From Actinomycetales bacterium (GTDB lineage Bacteria > Actinomycetota > Actinomycetes > Actinomycetales > Cellulomonadaceae): a DNA stretch of 64,000 nt. Below the pieces are notes generated by a model, which saw only the letters and a list, made by a program, of their open reading frames with translations, ran no database searches and was not told the origin of the DNA. The stretch is taken from the NCBI GenBank assembly GCA_038204895.1, contig JBBRCL010000006.1:6078-70077 (forward strand), given 5' to 3'. How positions within the stretch are numbered: position 1 is the first letter of the stretch; each line of letters opens with the position of its first letter. A program made the translations under genes and the position numbers. Shown one piece after another: positions 35,511-42,227 of the stretch.

Positions 35511-35675
35511 CGCGGACGCCGCGCCCGAGCTGGTCTCACATCGAGCGCCCCGGACGTGCCTGCGGGGGACACCGGCTGGGCCCGCGCGTTCAGTAGACAA
35601 CGGGCGACGCTCGTTTGACGTCGTCGTCCGGTCCGAAGGACGCGCGGGCCAGTCGGCCGGGCTCCGGCGGTCCCG
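35511..35675 (+). ncRNA. Candidate structured non-coding RNA, family not recognised
   Basis: Manual fold gives a 4-way junction with a 19-bp stem; own promoter; no credible ORF; lnt has a separate -10. Confidence 0.6.
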
Positions 35676-35687
35676 TACCCTTGTCGG

Positions 35688-37247
35688 ATGCCGTTCCACG
35701 CCCCCCGCCGCAGGACGTCGCTGCTGCTGGCGGTCGGGGGAGGGCTCCTCACCGACGCGGGGTTCCCGGGCCTCGGCTGGTGGCCCCTGACCTTCGTCGG
35801 GGTGGCCGCGCTCTTCCTTGCACTCGGCCGCGACAGCGCGCGGTGGAACGCCCTCGTGGGCTTCGTCTTCGGACTCGCGCTCTTCCTGCCGCACATCTCG
35901 TGGGCCGACACCGCCGTCGGGCTGGCACCATGGCTGGCGCTCTCCGTTGCCGAGGCCGGGTTCATGGCGCTGATGGGCGCGGGATGGGCGTGGGCCCGCA
36001 GGGGTGCCGTGATCTGGACGAGTGCCCCGTTGCAGGTGCCGGTCTTCGCGGTGCTCTGGGTCGCGGGGGAGGAGGCGCGCTCGGTTGCTCCCTTCGGTGG
36101 GTTCCCGTGGGCTCGACTCGCCTTCGCCCAAGCCGACTCCCCGCTCGGGTCCTGGGCCTGGGCCGGCGGCGTGCCTCTCGTCTCGATGCTGGTTGCGGTC
36201 GTCGGAGTGCTGCTGGCGCTCGCCGTGATCGCCGTGCGTACCGCCGACATCGCCCAGGTGAGCGCACTGGTGCTGGTGGCCGTCGTCGTGGCTACGTCCG
36301 GGTTGCTGCTGCCGCTGGACACGGCGGCGCAGGCCGGCCGGTTGGTCGTCGGCGCCGTCCAGGGCAACGTGCCCGACCGGGGGCTGGACTCCTTCGACCA
36401 GGCGCGCGAGGTGTTGATGAACCACCTCGCCGGGACATCGGCGTTGCTGAGCCGCGTGCAGCCCGGCGAGCTTGACGTCGTGCTCTGGCCGGAGAACAGC
36501 ACCGACATCGATCCGCGCGCCGACGCCGACGCGGCGGACGCGATCACGGCGGCAGCGCAGGAGGTCGGAGCACCGATCCTGGTCGGAGCCGACAACTACC
36601 CGGCGACCGGGGGTCGGCTGAACACGTCGCTGCTGTGGGACCCGCAGCTCGGCGCGATCGACAGCTACGCCAAGCAGCACCCTGCACCGTTCGGCGAGTA
36701 CATCCCCATGCGCGACATCGCGCGAGCCTTCTCGGACGCGGTCGACCGGGTGCAGACCGACATGGTGCCCGGCACGGAGGCCGGCGTGATCCACCTGCCG
36801 GTCGATCGGCTCGAGCGCATCGTCCCGCTCGGCGTCGGCATCTGCTTCGAGGTGGCCTACGACGACCTGATGCGGAATGCGGTGCAGGCCGGCGCCGAGA
36901 TGATCGTGATCCCCACCAACAACGCGACCTTCGGGCAGACGGACCTCTCCAGCCAGCAGCTGGCCATGTCGCGGATCCGCGCCATCGAGCACGGACGGGC
37001 CACGGTGCAGATCTCGACGGTGGGGGTCAGCGGGGTGATCAGCCCGTCCGGCGTGCTGGTACAGCACACCGGTCACTGGACCGCCGAACAGATGGTCGCG
37101 ACGATCCCACTGCGGACCGAGCTGACGCCCGCCACCCGGTTCGGCGACGCCATCGCCTGGTCGGTTCGTTGCCTTGCCGTCGCGTTCGTCCTCGCCGGGA
37201 TCGGCGGAGCGTTCCGGACCCGGCGCGACGAGCGGATGAAGCCATGA
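35688..37247 (+). CDS. lnt: Apolipoprotein N-acyltransferase
   Basis: PFGGFPW, WPEN, KQHPAPFGEY, ICFEVAYD, PTNNATF; TACCCT 6 nt before ATG. Confidence 0.96.
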   Translation: MPFHAPRRRTSLLLAVGGGLLTDAGFPGLGWWPLTFVGVAALFLALGRDSARWNALVGFVFGLALFLPHISWADTAVGLAPWLALSVAEAGFMALMGAGWAWARRGAVIWTSAPLQVPVFAVLWVAGEEARSVAPFGGFPWARLAFAQADSPLGSWAWAGGVPLVSMLVAVVGVLLALAVIAVRTADIAQVSALVLVAVVVATSGLLLPLDTAAQAGRLVVGAVQGNVPDRGLDSFDQAREVLMNHLAGTSALLSRVQPGELDVVLWPENSTDIDPRADADAADAITAAAQEVGAPILVGADNYPATGGRLNTSLLWDPQLGAIDSYAKQHPAPFGEYIPMRDIARAFSDAVDRVQTDMVPGTEAGVIHLPVDRLERIVPLGVGICFEVAYDDLMRNAVQAGAEMIVIPTNNATFGQTDLSSQQLAMSRIRAIEHGRATVQISTVGVSGVISPSGVLVQHTGHWTAEQMVATIPLRTELTPATRFGDAIAWSVRCLAVAFVLAGIGGAFRTRRDERMKP

Positions 37248-38047
37248 GCGAGCAGCTGGACGCCACTGCCGAGCCGCTCGGTCGAGTGCTGGTCGTCATC
37301 CCCACCTACGACGAGGCGACGACCCTTCCGGGCATCGTCGGGCGGCTCCGGGCCGCCGTACCGGTCGCGGACGTGCTCGTGGTCGATGACGCCAGCCCGG
37401 ACGGCACCGGCCGGATCGCCGACGGCCTGGCCGCGGCGGACGGCGCGGTGCACGTGCTGCACCGGCCAGGCAAGCAGGGCCTCGGTGTCGCCTACGTCGC
37501 GGGGTTCCGGTGGGCCCTCGACCGCGGCTACGACGTGGTCGTGGAGATGGACGCCGACGGATCGCACCAGCCGGAGGAGCTACCTCTGCTGCTCAAGGCC
37601 TTCTCCGGCCCGGGGGCTCCCGACCTGGTGCTCGGCTCCCGGTGGGTGCCCGGCGGTCGGGTGGAGCAGTGGCCCTGGCACCGGGCCCTGCTGTCCAGGG
37701 GCGGCAACACCTACACCCGGCTCGCGATGGGCCTGCCACTTGCCGACGCAACCGGTGGATTTCGGGCATATCGGGCGGGCGCGTTGGCCCAGATGCACCT
37801 GGACGACGTCGCGTCGCACGGCTACTGCTTCCAGGTGGACATGGCCTGGCGCGTGCACCAGGCCGGGGGAGTGATCCGTGAGGTGCCGATCCGGTTCGTC
37901 GAACGGATCGAGGGGCGCTCGAAGATGAGCCGCCGGATCGTCGGCGAGGCGCTCATGCGGGTGACCGTCTGGGGGGTGCAGCGGCGCTGGGCCCAGGTCA
38001 GGGGTGCAGCGGCGCGGCTGACGTCCCGCGCGCTCCGTCGTAGGTGA
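37244..38047 (+). CDS. ppm1: Polyprenol monophosphomannose synthase
   Basis: IPTYDE, VVDDASPDGTG, EMDADGSH, DATGGFRAY, GYCFQVD. Confidence 0.95.
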   Translation: MSEQLDATAEPLGRVLVVIPTYDEATTLPGIVGRLRAAVPVADVLVVDDASPDGTGRIADGLAAADGAVHVLHRPGKQGLGVAYVAGFRWALDRGYDVVVEMDADGSHQPEELPLLLKAFSGPGAPDLVLGSRWVPGGRVEQWPWHRALLSRGGNTYTRLAMGLPLADATGGFRAYRAGALAQMHLDDVASHGYCFQVDMAWRVHQAGGVIREVPIRFVERIEGRSKMSRRIVGEALMRVTVWGVQRRWAQVRGAAARLTSRALRRR

Positions 38048-38392
38048 TCAGGCCGAGCGACGGAGCTTGCCGGCACGCAGCAGCTCCAGGCGCTCGGTGA
38101 GCAGCTCCTCCAGCTCGCCGACGGTGCGACGCTCCAGGAGCATGTCCCAGTGGGTGCGGGGTGACTTCCCGGACTTGGGCTCCGGCCTGTTCGCATCGCG
38201 GAGCAGGGCCTCGGCGCCGCACCGGCACTCCCAGAACACCGGCACGTCCGCCTGGGCGGCGAAGGGCAGCACGATGGTGTGGTCGTTCGGGCAGTCGTAG
38301 TACGCCTCGAAACGCTCGGCGAACTCCACGCCCTCCTCGGACTCCATGCTGTGGGCGCCGATGCGGGTACCCCGCAGTGAGCGGTCTGCCAT
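38048..38392 (-). CDS. rbpA: RNA polymerase-binding protein RbpA
   Basis: MADRSLRG.., WECRCG, RTHWDMLLERR..ELEELLTERLELLR; GGAGG RBS. Confidence 0.96.
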   Translation of the reverse strand: MADRSLRGTRIGAHSMESEEGVEFAERFEAYYDCPNDHTIVLPFAAQADVPVFWECRCGAEALLRDANRPEPKSGKSPRTHWDMLLERRTVGELEELLTERLELLRAGKLRRSA

Positions 38393-38447
38393 GGCGACCT
38401 CCCTTCTGACCGACAGGACTCCCAGGACGGTCTGTCCTTCGTCGTGA

Positions 38448-38474
38448 CAACGCGCAGGCACTCAGTGGTGTTCC
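38448..38474 (-). promoter_or_regulatory. SigR/SigH-type ECF promoter of rbpA
   Basis: GGAAC-N18-GTTG on - strand; rbpA is a known sigmaR target in Streptomyces. Confidence 0.7.
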
Positions 38475-38631
38475 ACGCCTGGCGTGAAGGTCCGGTGAAC
38501 ATCCACGCGGGTCCAGGTTCTGTGCGGGCTGTGTCCCGATGACTCGCCCTACCGTCCCGTGACCGGGGCGACCCCGCAACCGCAGGGGCTCGGGCGGAGT
38601 GACCCGAGCGCTGGTGGAGCACCATCCCGTC

Positions 38632-38799
38632 GGCGAACAGGCCGCCGGCGGCCGTGGACCCGGTGATGTCGTACGCCGGGAGCCCACCGACGACGTTCGT
38701 CAGAGCCGTGCCGATGCCGGACAACGAGGCGCCGAGCGACATCCTGCGGTACGGGACGCTGACCCGGAGCGGGGACAGATCCATCTTCAGGCGCGGTAT
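38632..38799 (-). pseudogene. 5' remnant of an actinobacterial MFS transporter (EntS/DUF894-like)
   Basis: IPRLKMDLSPLRVSVPYRRMSLGASLSGIGTALTNVVGGLPAYDITGSTAAGGLFA resembles the recalled family N-terminus; similarity then stops. Confidence 0.7.
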
Positions 38800-38822
38800 C
38801 CGGCCGTTCTCGGTCAGTCGCT

Positions 38823-38850
38823 GACGCCGATAATGGACGTTATGTCAGTC
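38823..38850 (+). other. dif-like XerC/XerD recombination site (probable replication terminus)
   Basis: GACGCCGATAA-TGGACG-TTATGTCAGTC (11-6-11); cores GCCGATAA and TTATGTCA match recalled actinobacterial dif. Confidence 0.75.
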
Positions 38851-39117
38851 AGACCCAAGGGGCTGCTGCGCGGGTTTGCCGAGCTGCTCCTCTCCCAGGA
38901 GCTTCGTCCACCGCTCCTCCGTGAGCGACCTGTCGCGTGGCATCGGCATCCGCACACCGGTCGGTGCGTAGCCGGCCCGCCGGTACAGCCGCTCAGCCAC
39001 TGCGTTCCCGTCCATCAGCCACAGCGAGATCAACGCCGCGCCGTCCGTCGTCAGCGCCCGCAGCCTGATCTCGCGCAGCGTCTCCCAGTCGCCCTCGGTC
39101 AGGCGGTCGACGCGCAT
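38845..39117 (-). pseudogene. GNAT acetyltransferase with in-frame internal deletion
   Basis: MRVDRLTEGDWETLREIRLRALTTD joined directly to GAALISLWLMDGNAVAERLYRRAGY; motif A missing; 90 aa. Confidence 0.7.
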
Positions 39118-39184
39118 GTCGCCATCCTGACAGACCCAGCCCCGGCGGTCTCCTGCACCGTCTGTCCCCCGGTGCACTTCACCA

Positions 39185-39200
39185 TCGAACACCTGTTCGA
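39185..39200. promoter_or_regulatory. Perfect LexA (SOS) box
   Basis: TCGAAC-ACCT-GTTCGA within a 10-bp perfect inverted repeat (39182-39203). Confidence 0.8.
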
Positions 39201-39256
39201 TGGCCCGCTCCCCCAACGTGCCGCTCGGCCGGAGGCACCGAACCCGTGCCGCGCCA

Positions 39257-41803
39257 TCACTGGCACCAGGCCGCCTGCGCAAGGATGTCGGAGCACACCT
39301 CCATGCCGGACGGCGCCGCGACATGGATCACGTCGGCGAACTGCGCACCCTCGGGCGACAGGGACCCCACCAGGTTCGGCAGGTCGAGCACCCGCTCCGG
39401 ACGGAAGTTCACGCCACCCTGACCATCGAAGATCGCGACGTAGAAGATCCCGGACTCCACGAGGTCCTGGAAGAAGTGGCTGCCATAGGACAGCTCCGGG
39501 GAGAACCCGGCCTCCTGTGACGCCACCTCACCGATGACCGCCATGTTGCACAGCTCAGCGAACCGCAACGGCACTCCCAGCGCGGGGGTCGTGGTGCCCC
39601 AGCGGCCGGGGCCGAGGAGCATCATGGTCTTGTCGCTGAGCGCGCTGTTCAGCTTGCCGATGTGGCGGGCGACCGCGTACCGCTGCTGGTCGCTGAGCGC
39701 CAGGTACGCGTGCGGGCGCACGTAGATCACGAAGTCGAGCGGGATCCGCACGTTCCCGCCCATGAAGTTGCCCTTGGTGCAGAACAGGCACGTGCCCGGG
39801 TCTGTCGGCAGCAGCGCCGCGACGGCCGCGCCCAGTCCTCTGGTCTGCAGCGGGCGGCATTGCAGGATGTTCAGCCGGAAGTCGCCATCCGGGCCGAAGT
39901 TGGCGGTGAACTCCACGTCGACCGGGTAGGCGTAGGCCGCGGACAGCAGGGCAAGGACATCCTTCATCAAAGCCGGGAACTCGGTCTCGGCGAGCAGTCC
40001 GTGGAAGTCAAGGATGTGCGACAGGCCGACGTCGCCGCGCCCCATCTCCCGTGCTCGTGTCGCTGCGTGGCTGTCGACGCTGGCAAACAGCGCCACGTCG
40101 GCCTTCAGATCGGAGATGACCTCCTCGTACTTGCGGCTCCCCCAGGCGTTCTCCCTGAGCGAGAGCACGTCGACACCTCGTTGGGAGTACTTCTTCTCGT
40201 CCCCGTAGCTCATCGGGGGCAGCCGCAGCGGATCGTCCAGGCACACGATCTTCGCGTAGTCGCCGACCGTCCGGTCGACCGCTCTGGTCCCGAGCCCGAA
40301 GACCAGCCGGAGCATCCCGGCCTCCATGTCGACGTCGTCGGACCAGATGTAGAGGTTGGAGGAGTTGCCGACGCCCGCCACGTGCGGGAAGTAGTCCTCG
40401 TCGTGCTGGTCGCCGGACACCCGCTGGACCAGGATGGCCATCTGCTCGTCCCGCTCCAGGAGTCCACGGTTGCTCCGGTAGTCCAGTGCCTCCTCGCTCA
40501 TCGCGCTGGCATAGACCTCCCTGACCGCGTCCTCGAAGGCTCGGTAGCGCTCCTCAGGGCTCCCCTGGTTGACGCAGAAGATGCTCTCGTACTTGCCGGC
40601 GAAGGCATTGCCGAAGTCGTCCTCCAGCAGTGAGCTGGACCGGACGATGATGGGTGACTGGCCGAAGTACTCGAGCATCTCGACGAACTGCTCACGGATG
40701 TCGGTCGGGAACGCCCCGTGCAGCAGCTTCTCCCTAAGCTCCGGCGCGTGCGTGTAGTAGCCCTCCGGGGTCCGCTGCTTCGCGCGGAGCGGCCACCAGC
40801 CGTTCTGCACGATGTAGGTGTAGAAGATGTCGGACCCGAGGTAGTACGAGTCGTGCGGCTCCATGCGACCGGTGAGCCCCGGCCCGCCGTCATGGTCCAA
40901 GACCCGCCTGGCGAGGAGCATCCCGACGCTCTTGCCGCCGATGAGCCCGGTGCCAACCTCTCGTGACGCGATGGCGAGGATGTCGGCGAGGGTGAAGTAC
41001 CGGTCGCACAGATCGAGCATCCGGGTCGACCCGCCGATCAGCATGCGCATCAGCGACGTCTTGACGGGCTCCTGCTGCTCGGGCGGAAGAGCCAGTGCGT
41101 CGCGGGCCTGGTCGAAGGCGACGTTCCAGTGATCGATCCGGTCGCCCTGGCGCGGGATGCTCGAGAACAGCTCGGCGGCCTCCGAGCTCGCGGTGATGCA
41201 GATGGCCTCGTCGCCCCGGATCAGGTTGGGGAAGAACATGGTCGGCGAGTAGCGCCGCCACACCTTGAGCGGATGGATGTAGGTGTTTCCGGCCACCCGA
41301 TAGAGGTCGAGGAGCAGCTGGGTCGTCTCGCGGACGGTCGCGATGGTCGCGTAGGTGTGAGTGCCGCGCACGATGGCGAAGTAGGCGATGGTGTCCAACT
41401 CGTACAGGAACGGACAGGTCACCTTGAAGAAGTTGCCGATCATCAGGTCGGAGTGCCAGTACTGCAGGAGGTCGGTCAGGCAGTCGAAGACGTAGAACGC
41501 CCCCTTGCCGTGTCGCTCAGCCAGGTTGTGCACCTCGGTGGCGAAGATCTCGAACCCTTGGGTCGGGTCGACCTGGCAGACCGCCGTGCCGGGGCCGTCT
41601 TCCAGCAGCGGCTCGTGGCTGCCGAACCGGACGTAGACCAGCCGCCGGCCGTCGGCCCTGGCCTGCGCGACGTAGGGGTCGACCATCTGCTTGTAGTCGA
41701 GCACCGAGTCGACCTGCCAGACGACGTTGTCGCCGAGGCGGAGACCGTCGATCACCTGATCGAATCCCGACGAGCCGGTGCTGACCCGGTCACCCGTGCC
41801 CAT
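39257..41803 (-). CDS. KaiC/RecA-like N-domain plus PEP/pyruvate-binding (PPDK_N ATP-grasp) protein, function unknown
   Basis: RVSTGSSGFDQVIDGL; IGGKSVG, IIVRSSSLLEDDFGNAFAGKYES, FGLGTRAV, DVEF..LQCRP; GAGGAG RBS; 848 aa. Confidence 0.85.
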   Translation of the reverse strand: MGTGDRVSTGSSGFDQVIDGLRLGDNVVWQVDSVLDYKQMVDPYVAQARADGRRLVYVRFGSHEPLLEDGPGTAVCQVDPTQGFEIFATEVHNLAERHGKGAFYVFDCLTDLLQYWHSDLMIGNFFKVTCPFLYELDTIAYFAIVRGTHTYATIATVRETTQLLLDLYRVAGNTYIHPLKVWRRYSPTMFFPNLIRGDEAICITASSEAAELFSSIPRQGDRIDHWNVAFDQARDALALPPEQQEPVKTSLMRMLIGGSTRMLDLCDRYFTLADILAIASREVGTGLIGGKSVGMLLARRVLDHDGGPGLTGRMEPHDSYYLGSDIFYTYIVQNGWWPLRAKQRTPEGYYTHAPELREKLLHGAFPTDIREQFVEMLEYFGQSPIIVRSSSLLEDDFGNAFAGKYESIFCVNQGSPEERYRAFEDAVREVYASAMSEEALDYRSNRGLLERDEQMAILVQRVSGDQHDEDYFPHVAGVGNSSNLYIWSDDVDMEAGMLRLVFGLGTRAVDRTVGDYAKIVCLDDPLRLPPMSYGDEKKYSQRGVDVLSLRENAWGSRKYEEVISDLKADVALFASVDSHAATRAREMGRGDVGLSHILDFHGLLAETEFPALMKDVLALLSAAYAYPVDVEFTANFGPDGDFRLNILQCRPLQTRGLGAAVAALLPTDPGTCLFCTKGNFMGGNVRIPLDFVIYVRPHAYLALSDQQRYAVARHIGKLNSALSDKTMMLLGPGRWGTTTPALGVPLRFAELCNMAVIGEVASQEAGFSPELSYGSHFFQDLVESGIFYVAIFDGQGGVNFRPERVLDLPNLVGSLSPEGAQFADVIHVAAPSGMEVCSDILAQAAWCQ

Positions 41804-41916
41804 GTCGCTCCTCTGCTGGCGGATCGGTGCCTGCCGGGGATGACGATGCCACAGTGGCGGGCGTTCGGTCGGGTCCCTGTGACCGAGCTCCGCACCTGGG
41901 GTGGCAGGCTGGGCGC

Positions 41917-42204
41917 ATGGCCGACAGCTCCCCCGATCCCGACCGCTCGCTCGCATCGTCCGCCGACGAGACCACCTCAGGCTCCGAGCCGACGAATCGC
42001 TCCCTCACCCACCGCTGGTGGTGGCAAGCAGTGGTGATCGCGGTGACCGGCGCCGCGATCATCGGCTTCCAGTGGGAGGTCATCTCCCAAGGCGAGTCCA
42101 TCGTGGCCACCTGGGTGATGGTCGGCATCGGCGCGGTGGCCGTCGTCGCGGGCGCGGTGGTCGCCTGGCGTTCCCGGCCGGGTCGCTCGCAGCAGGACGG
42201 CTGA
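41917..42204 (+). CDS. Small two-TM membrane protein
   Basis: Acidic Ser/Thr-rich N-tail, two hydrophobic helices; CAGGCT 6 nt before ATG. Confidence 0.65.
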   Translation: MADSSPDPDRSLASSADETTSGSEPTNRSLTHRWWWQAVVIAVTGAAIIGFQWEVISQGESIVATWVMVGIGAVAVVAGAVVAWRSRPGRSQQDG

Positions 42205-42227
42205 GCCGCGGGTACCCTCCCAGCGGC

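Noticed and set aside
35511-35675. Assigning the candidate RNA to tRNA, SRP, Y RNA or Ms1
   Set aside because: No TTC T-loop, 7-nt anticodon loop or CCA. GGTCCGAAGGA only partly resembles SRP helix 8. No Ro60/TROVE gene nearby, and Ms1 synteny and sequence do not match.
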